Below are positions 26,430-36,093 of a stretch of 60,290 nt of DNA, piece by piece (position 1 is the stretch's first letter; the number at the start of each line of letters is the position of its first letter). Origin of the DNA: Halorhodospira sp. (GTDB lineage: Bacteria > Pseudomonadota > Gammaproteobacteria > Nitrococcales > Halorhodospiraceae). A program made the translations under genes and the position numbers. Location: positions 1 through 60,290 of the forward strand of contig SKJZ01000039.1 in assembly GCA_007121755.1 (NCBI GenBank). The letters run 5' to 3'. The notes under the pieces were generated by a model. That model made no database searches. It saw only the letters and a list, made by a program, of their open reading frames with translations, and had not been told where the DNA came from.

Positions 26430-26777
26430 ATGGTGGCCGGGTCGGCCAGGGACGATCTTCCTCGCCGGCGTGCCCGGCGCGTTGCGGAGCTGACCCGGCA
26501 GATGGTTCGTTGCTCCCGTGAAGCCGATTGGGACGGTGTCGTGGAACGGAACCGGCTCCGGCATCTGGAGGCCGAGGCGCTCTTCCAATCCGGGTTTCCG
26601 GCGGGAGACAACGAGTATATCCGTTCCATTCTGGAAGAGGCCTTGTCGGTGGAGCGAGAGGTGCGGGAGCGGATGACCGCCGCCCGCGACGAGTTGGGCG
26701 TCGAAGCGCGCAGCTCGAGCCGCCACTACACCGCAAGTAATGTCTATCGGCGGTTCTCCGGCAGTGCCGCCGGGTGA
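26430..26777 (+). CDS. FliT-like flagellar chaperone (small helical protein after fliS)
   Basis: 115-aa Arg/Glu-rich helical ORF whose start abuts the fliS stop codon. Same position as fliT/fleP in related clusters, with a FliT-like W-x-x-V...R pattern (EADWDGVVERNRLRHLEAE). No strong motif. Confidence 0.5.
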   Translation: MVAGSARDDLPRRRARRVAELTRQMVRCSREADWDGVVERNRLRHLEAEALFQSGFPAGDNEYIRSILEEALSVEREVRERMTAARDELGVEARSSSRHYTASNVYRRFSGSAAG

Positions 26778-26784
26778 CGAAATT

Positions 26785-26814
26785 TTGACGGCCGTGTCGC
26801 CATCGCCTTAGACT
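26785..26814 (+). promoter_or_regulatory. Possible sigma70-type promoter for fleQ
   Basis: TTGACG-N18-TAGACT about 40 bp upstream of the fleQ start. Weak -10 element and an 18-bp spacer. Confidence 0.3.
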
Positions 26815-26856
26815 GCGTCTCGCCGAGGGGGCAGACGGAGTCGGTGGGGGAGACCG

Positions 26857-28257
26857 GTGGTCCAAGTATTGGTCGTCGATGGGGACGCCGAGCGGCGGAC
26901 CGGCATTGAAGCGGTGTTGCAGTACCTGGAGCACCCGGTGGTCCACGCCGAGGGGGCGGGGGCCGGCGAGGTAGCCGAGCGTACCGGGGGGCTCGCGCTG
27001 GCCTTGGTCACTGCCGACGGCAGCGAAGAAGCGCCCGTCCGCTCCTTGGCCGAGGCGGCCCCCGACCTTCCCATCTTCCTGTTGACGCCACAAGGCTGGC
27101 CCACGCCGGCGCCGAAGGATTTCGGCGCCGAATTGTTGGGCGTTCTCGATCTACCGCTCCGCCACAATCAATTCACCGCCGCCCTACGTCAGGCGCTGAG
27201 CCACAATGCGCGCAGCCGTGAGCACGGGAGGCGCCCCCACGCCCAGCGCTTGGTCGGCGAGAGCCGCCCGATACAGCGCGTCCTGGATCTGATCGAGCAG
27301 GTGGCCGAGACCGATGCCAGCGTACTCATACTGGGGGAATCGGGGACCGGCAAGGAAGTCGTGGCGCGTAGTATTCATGCCCGCTCGTCTCGCCGCACGC
27401 GTCCTTTCGTGCCGATCAACTGCGGGGCGATTCCGTCGGAGTTGTTGGAGAGTGAATTGTTCGGCCATGAGAAGGGCGCCTTCACCGGGGCTATCTCGGC
27501 ACGGCAGGGCCGCTTCGAGTTGGCTCAGTCCGGTTCTATCTTCCTCGACGAGATCGGTGACATGAGTATGCATATGCAGGTCAAACTGCTGCGCGTGCTC
27601 CAGGAGCGCACCTTCGAGCGTGTCGGTAGTAACAAGTCGCTTGAGGCCGATGTGCGGGTGATCGCGGCCACCCATCGGAATCTCGATGCCGGTATCCGGG
27701 AAGGCACCTTCCGGGAGGACCTCTTTTACCGGCTCAACGTCTTCCCGATCGAGGTGCCGCCACTACGTGAGCGCCCCGGTGACATCCCCGTATTGATTGA
27801 GGAGATCATCCGGCGTATCGAAGAGGAGGGGCGGGGCTCGGTGCGCGTCAGCCCCGCGGCTATGTCGTGTCTTTCGGCGTACTCTTGGCCCGGCAACGTG
27901 CGGGAGCTGGCCAATGTGGTGGAGCGGGTGGCGATCATGTGTCCCTACGGGGAAGTGCAGGTGGAGAATCTGCCTAAGAAGATCCGCGAGGCGGCGCGCG
28001 GGGGGGATGACCCGGCGCTGTCGGACCGGATCGCCCCGGCGTCGGCCAATGGCGAGGAGGGGCCGTCGCTGCCGAACGTCGATTGGGGTGATGGCGGCAT
28101 CGACTTGAAGGAGCATCTTACCGGCGTGGAGCAGGCGTTGATCCGGCAGGCGCTCGGCGCTACCGATGGGGTCGTCGGCCGCGCGGCCCGCCTCCTCGGC
28201 CTGCGGCGGACCACTCTGGTCGAGAAGCTGCGCCGTTACGAAATCGAACGCCCCTGA
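26857..28257 (+). CDS. fleQ: Master flagellar sigma54-dependent activator FleQ/FlrA
   Basis: FleQ-type non-phosphorylatable N-terminal domain. AAA+ sigma54-interaction domain ([55 protein letters not shown]). C-terminal HTH. Confidence 0.9.
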   Translation: MVQVLVVDGDAERRTGIEAVLQYLEHPVVHAEGAGAGEVAERTGGLALALVTADGSEEAPVRSLAEAAPDLPIFLLTPQGWPTPAPKDFGAELLGVLDLPLRHNQFTAALRQALSHNARSREHGRRPHAQRLVGESRPIQRVLDLIEQVAETDASVLILGESGTGKEVVARSIHARSSRRTRPFVPINCGAIPSELLESELFGHEKGAFTGAISARQGRFELAQSGSIFLDEIGDMSMHMQVKLLRVLQERTFERVGSNKSLEADVRVIAATHRNLDAGIREGTFREDLFYRLNVFPIEVPPLRERPGDIPVLIEEIIRRIEEEGRGSVRVSPAAMSCLSAYSWPGNVRELANVVERVAIMCPYGEVQVENLPKKIREAARGGDDPALSDRIAPASANGEEGPSLPNVDWGDGGIDLKEHLTGVEQALIRQALGATDGVVGRAARLLGLRRTTLVEKLRRYEIERP

Positions 28258-28406
28258 CGGCACGACGTTGCCGGTCACCGGCAATGTCGTGCCGTCTTTG
28301 CCAGCCGACGGAATCTTGACTGCCGATGGTTGCCGGAGCGCCGGAAGTCCGGCGCCGCCGCGTATCTCAGTGACGTAGCGCCCCGCCGTTCTTGGGCGTC
28401 TCCCGC

Positions 28407-28422
28407 TGGCATATCTATTGCT
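28407..28422 (+). promoter_or_regulatory. Sigma54 promoter for the fleR-like gene, probably continuing into fliE
   Basis: TGGCAT-ATCTA-TTGCT with exact GG-N10-GC spacing. Confidence 0.6.
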
Positions 28423-28486
28423 TATCTACTCTGCGCCGCTGGAATTCACCGCGGCTGGATGGATGAGTTCAGGGGGGATCATCGGT

Positions 28487-29908
28487 ATGGGTCAACAATG
28501 CGTGCTCGTGGTGGCCCGTGAGGCGGGCCGGCGTAACGGGCAGCGCCAACGCCTGGAGCAGGGAGGGTTTCGGGTGGCCGAGGCGGAGGACGCGGTGGCG
28601 GCCAACCCGTTGCTCGAGGCCGGTGGATTGGTCGCCGCCGTCTGTTGTGAAGGCGGCGAGGATGGGGATGGTTGGCGGGTTTTGGCCCGGCACCCCATGG
28701 CCCCACCGGTGGTGGTTATCTCTCAGCAGGCGAGCGTCGGCGGCGCGGTCGCCGCGATGCGCGACGGAGCTGCCGACTACGTGTCGGAATCCGGCGCCGT
28801 GGCCGAGATCGCCGGCGCTGTGGCCAGGGTTACGGAGTCGGGTCCGAATCTAGTGGCGGAGGACCGGACGAGCCGCCAGACCTTGGCCTTGGCTCAGCGT
28901 GTCGCGGGGAAAGACGTCACGGTGCTGCTCACCGGCGAGTCGGGCACTGGCAAGGAGGTTTTCGCCCGGTATATCCACGACCGTTCGCCACGGGCCGAGG
29001 GGCCGTTCATTGCCGTCAACTGCGCGGCGATCCCTGAGAACATGCTTGAGGCCCTGCTCTTTGGCTTTGAAAAAGGGGCGTTTACCGGCGCGCATCGGGC
29101 CCACGCGGGCAAGTTCGAGCAAGCCCAGGGGGGGACCGTGTTGCTTGATGAGGTCTCCGAAATCGAGCCCGGCCTTCAGGCTAAGCTACTGCGCGTGCTT
29201 CAGGAGCGAGAAATCGAGCGCCTCTGCGGGCAGACACCGATTCCCCTGGACGTCCGCGTGCTCGCCAGCAGCAATCGCGACTTGAGGCAGCACGTGCGCG
29301 ACGGCCGATTCCGGGAGGATCTCTATTACCGGTTGCACGTCTTTCCCATTCATCTGCCGCCTTTGCGGGAGCGCCCTCACGACATCATCCCGCTGGCCCG
29401 CAGTTTCGCGGCCAAGTACGCCCAGTTGGGCTACTCGGGAGCGCGTTTTACGCCGGAGGCGGAACGCCTGCTGATCGAGTACGCGTGGCCCGGCAACGTT
29501 CGCGAATTGGAGAACGTGGTGCAGCGGGCGTTGATCCTGGCCGACGGCGACGCAATCGACGCCGGCGCGGTCCACTTCGATCCGGTGCCGAGCGATGGAT
29601 TTGGCGGCGACGGGGGCATCGCTCCCGCGCTGATGGGGGGGGCATCGGTACCCGGCGGGCTGTCCACGGGCGCTCCGAAGGTGCAGCCGGAGGCGGTCGG
29701 CGGCGACGCCACCCTCGAGGAGGATCTCAAGAGCCGGGAGTATCGGCGGATATTGGAGACGCTGGCGTCCGTCGGTGGCAGCCGCAAGGACGCCGCGGCG
29801 CGGCTCGGGATCAGTAGCCGCACGTTGCGCTACAAGTTGGCGCGGATGCGGCAGGACGGTTTCGAGATCCCGGAACGGTTTGGGCTCCAGTACGCCTACG
29901 GCGGTTAA
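28487..29908 (+). CDS. FleR/FlrC-type sigma54-dependent activator with a degenerate receiver domain
   Basis: AAA+ domain ([46 protein letters not shown]). C-terminal Fis-type HTH ([19 protein letters not shown]). The N-terminal receiver-like fold lacks the acceptor Asp. AGGGGGGA ribosome-binding site before 28487; the ORF-track start at 28418 lies inside the promoter. Confidence 0.85.
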   Translation: MGQQCVLVVAREAGRRNGQRQRLEQGGFRVAEAEDAVAANPLLEAGGLVAAVCCEGGEDGDGWRVLARHPMAPPVVVISQQASVGGAVAAMRDGAADYVSESGAVAEIAGAVARVTESGPNLVAEDRTSRQTLALAQRVAGKDVTVLLTGESGTGKEVFARYIHDRSPRAEGPFIAVNCAAIPENMLEALLFGFEKGAFTGAHRAHAGKFEQAQGGTVLLDEVSEIEPGLQAKLLRVLQEREIERLCGQTPIPLDVRVLASSNRDLRQHVRDGRFREDLYYRLHVFPIHLPPLRERPHDIIPLARSFAAKYAQLGYSGARFTPEAERLLIEYAWPGNVRELENVVQRALILADGDAIDAGAVHFDPVPSDGFGGDGGIAPALMGGASVPGGLSTGAPKVQPEAVGGDATLEEDLKSREYRRILETLASVGGSRKDAAARLGISSRTLRYKLARMRQDGFEIPERFGLQYAYGG

Positions 29909-29923
29909 TCGGGGGTAGGGAGC

Positions 29924-30238
29924 GTGAGCAATTTCCGTATCGAGCAAGCCCTCGCCGAGATGCGTTCGCTTTCCGGCCGACCGAATGAGGTCGCGCCGGC
30001 GGGTAATCAGCCCGGCGTAGACGAGTTCTCCGAACTCCTCCAGCAGGCTGTGACGCATGTCAATGAACGGCAGGTGGAGGCGAACGAACTCAGTAACGCC
30101 TATATGCGCGGCGAGGAAGTGAAACTGACGGATGTGATGATCTCGTCCCAGAAGGCGCAGATCTCTTTCGAAGCCATGAAGGAAGTGCGTAACCGGCTGT
30201 TGGAGGCTTACCAAGAGATCTCCAACATGCAGGTCTAA
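29924..30238 (+). CDS. fliE: Flagellar hook-basal body protein FliE
   Basis: 104 aa with C-terminus VMISSQKAQISFEAMKEVRNRLLEAYQEISNMQV. GTG start. Confidence 0.9.
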   Translation: MSNFRIEQALAEMRSLSGRPNEVAPAGNQPGVDEFSELLQQAVTHVNERQVEANELSNAYMRGEEVKLTDVMISSQKAQISFEAMKEVRNRLLEAYQEISNMQV

Positions 30239-30282
30239 GACACGCCTGTTCATGATTAGGCTGTAATCAGGTGGGAGGAGCC

Positions 30283-32076
30283 ATGGCCGAGAGCCAGGCA
30301 CTGACGGAAACGGAAAACGGGAGTCCGCCGGCTGCGTTCGATGAAGAGATCGACTTTGGCACCACCGGCAGTCAGTCGAGCGGTGGTCGGGAGGGGAGTG
30401 CGGGTATCTTCGCCGGGCTGATCCCGGACGAGCAGTTGGCGTGGGTGCGGCGCTCCCTCGGCGATGGCGCGCTCCGCAAGGCAGCCCTAGGGGTGGGGTT
30501 GTTGGTGGCCGCCGGCATTGGCTTCGGCCTCTTCCTCTGGTCCCAGGATCCGGCGGAGTACCGGACCCTCTACGGCGAGTTGTCGTCTCAAGACGCCTCC
30601 GAGATCTTGGAGGTTCTGGATAGCCGGGGGATCGCCGTCCGGTTCGATGAGCGCACCGGAGAGATCAGTGTGCCCCCGGAGCACGTCCATCGGGCGCGCA
30701 TTTTCCTCGCTTCGGAGGGGTTGCCGCGGAGCACCGGCTTCGGCTACGAGATGCTGGAAGAGGATACGGGCTTCGGGGTCTCGGAGTTTCTGGAGCACGC
30801 CCGCTTCGATCGGGCGTTGGAGACCGAGTTGGCGCGGTCCATCGAGACCTTGCGCGGCGTCGCCTCCGCTCGTGTCCATTTGGACGCCCCGCAGGAGTCC
30901 GTCTTCGTCCGTAACCGCCGTGAGCCGCGGGCGTCCATCGTCTTGCAACTGGACCAGGAGCGGCGCCTGTCGGATAGCCAAGTGGAGGCGGTCATCCATC
31001 TGGTGGCCAGCGCGGTTGCCGATCTTGACCACGAGAACATCAGCGTCGTAGATCACCGGGGGCGGCTGCTTACTTCCGAGGGAGCGCCCGACGAAGCCGC
31101 CGAGACGGCGCGGCAGTTTGAGTTTACCAGGCGCCTTGAGGAACGCCTGCAGCGGCAGGTGGAGGATCTGGTGGAGCCCCTGGTGGGGCCGGACCGCGTG
31201 CGCGCCCAGGTGAGCGCCCGGCTCGATTTCTCCGCGCGCAGCCACATGGAAGAGCTGTTCGATCCAGGTCAGAGCGCGGTCCGCAGCGAGCAGATGATGG
31301 AGCGCAGCGGCAGTGGTCCCTCATGGCCGATCGGCATCCCCGGAGCGCTGACCAATCAGCCGCCCGGTTCCGGCAGCCTCGACCCCGACGATACGGGCGA
31401 CGGGCGGCCGCCGGGGAGTTTCGGCTCCAGCGAGACGCGCAACTGGGAGGTGGGGCGTACGGTGAATCAAATTCAGCCCGCCCAGGGTACCGTCGACCGC
31501 CTTACCGTAGGCGTACTCATTGATCACCGCTATATGGAGAATGAAGAGGGGCAGGTGGTGCGCGAGCCGCTCAGCGATGCCGAAATGGAGCGCATCGACG
31601 CCCTTGTTCGCGATGCAGTGGGGTACGATGAGGGTAGGGGCGATGCGGTCAGCGTGGTCACGGTGCCGTTTGCCGAGATCATCGAACCGCCGCCGGCGCC
31701 GGTCGATGTCTGGGAGCAGGACTGGGTTCGCGATCTGATCCGTTTGGGCGTCTTCGCAGTGATCGGTATCCTGATTTACCTCGTGGCCATCCGGCCCATC
31801 GTAAATCGCGTGCTTACCGGCCGGTCTGAAGAAGACTACGGGGACGGCGTCGATGGAGTGGCCGCCGGGGGCGATGCGTTGGCGGCCCCGGAGGGCGAGG
31901 AGAGTGAAGAGGCGCTGCGCCTTGCGGGGGTTGGCGGCGAGCAGTTGACGGATATGCGTGAACGCCCCTACGAGGCCAAACTGCAGGCGGTGTTGGAACT
32001 GGTGGAGAATGAACCGGAATTGGCCGCCAATACACTTAAGAGTTGGCTTGACGAAGAAGACTCGAAGAAGGGGTGA
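30283..32076 (+). CDS. fliF: MS-ring protein FliF
   Basis: TM segment, then YRTLYGELSSQDASEILEVLDSRGI. Second TM near the C-terminus. GGGAGGAG ribosome-binding site before 30283. Confidence 0.92.
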   Translation: MAESQALTETENGSPPAAFDEEIDFGTTGSQSSGGREGSAGIFAGLIPDEQLAWVRRSLGDGALRKAALGVGLLVAAGIGFGLFLWSQDPAEYRTLYGELSSQDASEILEVLDSRGIAVRFDERTGEISVPPEHVHRARIFLASEGLPRSTGFGYEMLEEDTGFGVSEFLEHARFDRALETELARSIETLRGVASARVHLDAPQESVFVRNRREPRASIVLQLDQERRLSDSQVEAVIHLVASAVADLDHENISVVDHRGRLLTSEGAPDEAAETARQFEFTRRLEERLQRQVEDLVEPLVGPDRVRAQVSARLDFSARSHMEELFDPGQSAVRSEQMMERSGSGPSWPIGIPGALTNQPPGSGSLDPDDTGDGRPPGSFGSSETRNWEVGRTVNQIQPAQGTVDRLTVGVLIDHRYMENEEGQVVREPLSDAEMERIDALVRDAVGYDEGRGDAVSVVTVPFAEIIEPPPAPVDVWEQDWVRDLIRLGVFAVIGILIYLVAIRPIVNRVLTGRSEEDYGDGVDGVAAGGDALAAPEGEESEEALRLAGVGGEQLTDMRERPYEAKLQAVLELVENEPELAANTLKSWLDEEDSKKG

Positions 32077-33080
32077 CCGTCATGGCGGGATCGATGAAGG
32101 GTGCTGAAAAGGCGTCGGTGTTGCTCCTTACGCTGGGCGAGGACGCCGCTGCCGAGGTTATGCGCTATCTCGGTCCCCGGGAGGTCCAGAAGGTCGGCCT
32201 GGGTATGACTACGGTCAGTAATGTCAACCGGGAAACGGTCGATGAGGTTCTGGATGACTTCATCAAGGCCGCCGCCGAGCAGACGGCCCTCGGGGTCGGG
32301 TCGTCGGACTATATCCGCAGTGTCTTGGTCAAGGCGCTGGGCGAGGAGAAGGCGGGTTCGATCATCGATCGGATCGTCATGGGCGGCAGTACCCGCGGCT
32401 TGGATCAATTGAAGTGGCTCGATCCGCGGACCATTGCCGAGATGATTCGCTTGGAGCATCCGCAGATCATTGCCATCGTTCTCTCTTATCTGGAGTCCGA
32501 TCAGGCGGCTCTAACGTTGGCTGAGATGCCCGAACGCGTCCGGCACGACATTGTGATGCGTGTGGCGACCCTGGAGGGGATCCAGCCGCGGGCACTTCAA
32601 GAGTTGGATGAGATCATGGAGAAGCAGTTCGCGGGTCAGCAGCGGCTGAAGTCGTCGAGCATCGGCGGGCTCCAATCGGCGGCGCATATCCTCAACAACA
32701 TGGACTCCCTGAACGAAGGCCAGATTCTCGACAACATCAAGGAGATCGACGACGAGTTGGCGGACCGGATACAGGAGCTGATGTTTGTCTTCGAGGATCT
32801 CAGTCAGATGGACGATCGCTCGATGCAGCAATTGCTGCGTGAAGTCGATACCGGCACCCTTACATTGGCCCTGAAGGGCGCCAGCGAGGAACTGCAAGCG
32901 AAGTTCTTCAATAACCTCTCCCGCCGGGCGGCAGAGATGCTGCAAGAGGATCTCGATGCCATGGGGCCGGCACGCATCAGCGATGTCGAGGGTGGGCAGA
33001 AGGAGATCCTGGCCATCGCCAAACGGATGGCGGACGAGGGCACCATTACTTTGGTGAGCAACACCGAGCAGTATGTCTAG
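32073..33080 (+). CDS. fliG: Rotor/switch protein FliG
   Basis: 335 aa with conserved EHPQIIAIVLSYL, MFVFEDL and the C-terminal charged torque helix region. Start overlaps the fliF stop. Confidence 0.95.
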   Translation: MTVMAGSMKGAEKASVLLLTLGEDAAAEVMRYLGPREVQKVGLGMTTVSNVNRETVDEVLDDFIKAAAEQTALGVGSSDYIRSVLVKALGEEKAGSIIDRIVMGGSTRGLDQLKWLDPRTIAEMIRLEHPQIIAIVLSYLESDQAALTLAEMPERVRHDIVMRVATLEGIQPRALQELDEIMEKQFAGQQRLKSSSIGGLQSAAHILNNMDSLNEGQILDNIKEIDDELADRIQELMFVFEDLSQMDDRSMQQLLREVDTGTLTLALKGASEELQAKFFNNLSRRAAEMLQEDLDAMGPARISDVEGGQKEILAIAKRMADEGTITLVSNTEQYV

Positions 33081-34161
33081 GGAGTCCGCGGCCGGGTCTC
33101 ATGCCCGCTTTCGGGTCATCCCTGTGGAGCAGGCGGTCGAGCATACCCTCTGGGAAACACCGGATGTCACGGAGCCGGAGCGGCGGCGCCGGCAGGCCCA
33201 GGAGGAAGCGCAGGAGCGCGAAGCCGAGCGGGCGAGAAGGGAGCGGCGGCGTGAGAAGCGGCGCTTGGCGGTCAAGGAGCGCCTGCGTCAAGAGGATGAG
33301 GCGCGCCGCGCCCTTCCTACCGTGGAAGAGATCGAAGCGCTGCAAGAGTCGGCGCGCAAGGAGGGCCACAAGACCGGCTATAAGGAGGGCCAGGAGGCCG
33401 GTTACCAGGACGGGTACGCTGCCGGGTTTCAGCAGGGTGAAGAGGACGGCCGGCACTCCGGGGCCGCGTTGGTCGAAAGGCTGCGCGCCTTGCTCGATAC
33501 CTTGGGTCGCCCGCTGGAGCGGCTGGATGAGAGTACGGAGGATGAGCTTACCCACTTGGTCTTTGCGGTGGCCCGCCGGATGGTGTTGGAAGAGTTGCGC
33601 ACCGACCCGGAGCAGGTGCGGGCGGCGGTACGCCAGGCACTGCGCGAACTCCCCGCCAACCAGCGGGAAGCCGCTATTCGTGTCCATCCCGATGATCTGC
33701 CGTTCATTGAAGAGCACTTGGGTCAGGAGGCCGCCGGGCAGGGCTGGTCCGTCGCCGGCGATCCGGCGCTGACGCGCGGAGGGTGCGTCATAGAGACCGA
33801 GATCTCGCGGGTCGACGCGACGGTGGAGCGGCGGCTGGATGCCGTGGCGCAACAACTTTTCGGCGACCCGTCGGATAGCGAACAAGACCCGGTGGTCAAC
33901 GAGACTTTTCGCGGTGAGGCGCCCCAGGACGGCGGCGGTGTCGAGCCGAAGTCGCCGGAGAGCGAGGAGCGGCCTCCGCGGCAAGCGCATGCGGACGGTT
34001 CGTCACCGGATGCGGAAGGATCAGCGACCGGCGCGGGAGATCCCCGGGCCGATGCGGAAGCCAACAGTGGTGCGAGTGCTAACGGTGGCTCGCCCGCAAG
34101 TGGTGGTGCGGATACGGAGACGAACGGCAACGCGGGCGCTGGCGCCGAGGGGGACCGGTGA
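33073..34161 (+). CDS. fliH: Flagellar export ATPase regulator FliH, with a long low-complexity C-terminal tail
   Basis: Charged E/R-rich N-terminal half. FliH core ([36 protein letters not shown]). Lies between fliG and fliI with overlapping stop/start codons. Confidence 0.85.
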   Translation: MSRESAAGSHARFRVIPVEQAVEHTLWETPDVTEPERRRRQAQEEAQEREAERARRERRREKRRLAVKERLRQEDEARRALPTVEEIEALQESARKEGHKTGYKEGQEAGYQDGYAAGFQQGEEDGRHSGAALVERLRALLDTLGRPLERLDESTEDELTHLVFAVARRMVLEELRTDPEQVRAAVRQALRELPANQREAAIRVHPDDLPFIEEHLGQEAAGQGWSVAGDPALTRGGCVIETEISRVDATVERRLDAVAQQLFGDPSDSEQDPVVNETFRGEAPQDGGGVEPKSPESEERPPRQAHADGSSPDAEGSATGAGDPRADAEANSGASANGGSPASGGADTETNGNAGAGAEGDR

Positions 34162-35507
34162 CTGAGACGGTCGGCCGCGCCGAGGGCTGGGTTGGCCGTG
34201 TGCGGCGCCGGGTCACCGGCCTAGAGCCGTCCAGTCCGGCGGTGGAGGGAATCCTGCGGCGCATGGTCGGTTTGACGCTCGAGGCGGAGGGTTGCCGGGC
34301 GGCGCTGGGCAGCCGGTGCACGATCCAGGACGGCGGGGCCGAGGTTGAGGCCGAAGTCGTCGGCTTCTCCGGTGAACAACTCTTCCTCATGCCTACCGGG
34401 GATCTCCACGGCGTCATGCCGCGCGCTCGCGTCATCCCGTCTGTCAGTTCCGCCCAAGCCAGGGTCGGGCCGGAGTTGCTCGGGCGGGTGCTGGATGGAG
34501 GCGGGAGGCCGATCGACGGCCAAGGGCCTCTGAAGGCCCGCGAGCGGACGCCGTTGATGGCGGAACCCGTCAATCCGTTGGAGCGCGCGCCGATTACGCA
34601 GCCGTTGGACGTCGGCGTGCGCTCCATCAATTCCCTCTTTACCGTCGGGCGCGGCCAGCGCATGGGACTCTTTGCCGGTAGTGGCGTGGGTAAGAGCGTA
34701 TTGCTCGGCATGATGACCCGTTACACGACGGCGGATGTCGTGGTAGTGGGCCTGATCGGCGAGCGGGGCCGGGAGGTGCGGGAGTTCATCACCGAGATCC
34801 TGGGCCGGCACGGCTTGGCCAGATCGGTCGTCGTGGCGGCGCCGGCGGATACGTCGCCGCTATTCCGCCTCCACGGCGCCATGCTCGCTACCAGCATTGC
34901 CGAGTACTTTCGCGACCAGGGGCTCAACGTTCTACTACTGATGGATTCGTTGACTCGGTACGCCCAGGCCCAAAGGGAGATCGGGCTGGCTATCGGGGAG
35001 CCTCCGACAACCAAAGGGTATCCGCCGTCAGTGTTCAATCTGCTCCCCCGTCTGGTGGAGCGAGCCGGCAATGGCGCTGACGGTAGAGGCTCGATAACCG
35101 CGTTTTACACCGTGTTGGTTGAGGGGGACGACCATCAGGAGCCGGTCGCCGACGCGGCGCGGGCAATCCTAGACGGCCACCTGGTGTTGTCGCGGAGACT
35201 GGCTGATTCCGGGCTCTATCCGGCGGTGGAGGTCGAGCAGTCGATCAGCCGGGTGATGATCTCGGTGACCCACGAAGAGCATCAGAAGGCGGCTCAGATC
35301 TTCCGCGAGCTGTACGCGGCCTACCGCCAGAACGAAGACCTTATCAGCGTTGGTGCCTACCAGCGCGGCGCCGATCCACGGGTGGATCAGGCGATCCAAT
35401 ACTACCCCCATCTGCGGGCGTTTCTGCAGCAAGATGTCGGCGAGGCCGTCGATTACGACGCCTCTGTCGCCACCCTGTTGCAACTGACCGGGGCGCGTCC
35501 GTCGTGA
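34158..35507 (+). CDS. fliI: Flagellum-specific ATPase FliI
   Basis: Walker A GSGVGKS, Walker [11 protein letters not shown]1/T3SS ATPase core. GTG start overlaps the fliH stop. Confidence 0.95.
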   Translation: MTETVGRAEGWVGRVRRRVTGLEPSSPAVEGILRRMVGLTLEAEGCRAALGSRCTIQDGGAEVEAEVVGFSGEQLFLMPTGDLHGVMPRARVIPSVSSAQARVGPELLGRVLDGGGRPIDGQGPLKARERTPLMAEPVNPLERAPITQPLDVGVRSINSLFTVGRGQRMGLFAGSGVGKSVLLGMMTRYTTADVVVVGLIGERGREVREFITEILGRHGLARSVVVAAPADTSPLFRLHGAMLATSIAEYFRDQGLNVLLLMDSLTRYAQAQREIGLAIGEPPTTKGYPPSVFNLLPRLVERAGNGADGRGSITAFYTVLVEGDDHQEPVADAARAILDGHLVLSRRLADSGLYPAVEVEQSISRVMISVTHEEHQKAAQIFRELYAAYRQNEDLISVGAYQRGADPRVDQAIQYYPHLRAFLQQDVGEAVDYDASVATLLQLTGARPS

Positions 35508-35965
35508 CGAAGCGGTCCGAGCGGCTTAAGCCGGTGCAGAGGCTCGCTGAGCAGCGGCGCGAGCAGGCGGCTGGGCATCTGTCCCGGGCGGAGGTGGCGC
35601 TGCGGGAGGAAGAGGCGCGCCTCCAAGAGTTGCTCGGCTTTCGCCGCGATTACTGTGGCCAGTTCGCTGCCGGCAGCCGCGTCGATGCGGCGCGGTTGCA
35701 GGACTTCAACTCTTTCTTGACCCGTCTCGACGAGGCGGTGGTGCGGCAGCGTCAAGCGTTGACCAAGCAGCAGCAGCAGGTCAATTACGCCCGCCGGGTC
35801 TGGTTGGAGTTTTGGCAGCAGCACCGCACCGTCGAGCACGTGGTCACCAGCCGTCAACAGGAAGAGGCGGAGGCGGAGGCGCGCCGTGAGCAGAAGGAGG
35901 CGGATGAGGTCGCCCGCTTGCTCTTCCAGGCCGCAGCGGCCGGGCGGTTGCCGGGGAAACGGTGA
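35504..35965 (+). CDS. fliJ: Flagellar export stalk/chaperone FliJ
   Basis: 153-aa coiled-coil protein directly after fliI (overlapping stop/start). FliJ-like heptad pattern. Confidence 0.8.
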   Translation: MTKRSERLKPVQRLAEQRREQAAGHLSRAEVALREEEARLQELLGFRRDYCGQFAAGSRVDAARLQDFNSFLTRLDEAVVRQRQALTKQQQQVNYARRVWLEFWQQHRTVEHVVTSRQQEEAEAEARREQKEADEVARLLFQAAAAGRLPGKR

Positions 35966-36021
35966 CGGCGGCAGGAACCCCGCCCCGGCAATACTTTTCT
36001 CAAGGTCGGTAAGATGCTCTG

Positions 36022-36037
36022 TGGTCCAAGTTTTGCA
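36022..36037 (+). promoter_or_regulatory. Sigma54 promoter candidate for fliK
   Basis: TGGTCC-AAGTT-TTGCA with GG-N10-GC spacing, about 57 bp upstream of the fliK ATG. Confidence 0.5.
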
Positions 36038-36093
36038 GCATTATTTGCCATGAACCGATCAACCGATGCGAGCATTGATAGGGGGCGCCGGAG

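Noticed and set aside
29838-29853. GG-N10-GC element (TGGCGC-GGATG-CGGCA) inside the fleR-like 3' end, a possible sigma54 promoter for fliE.
   Set aside because: The -12 region lacks the TTGC core. GG-N10-GC occurs readily by chance in GC-rich coding sequence.
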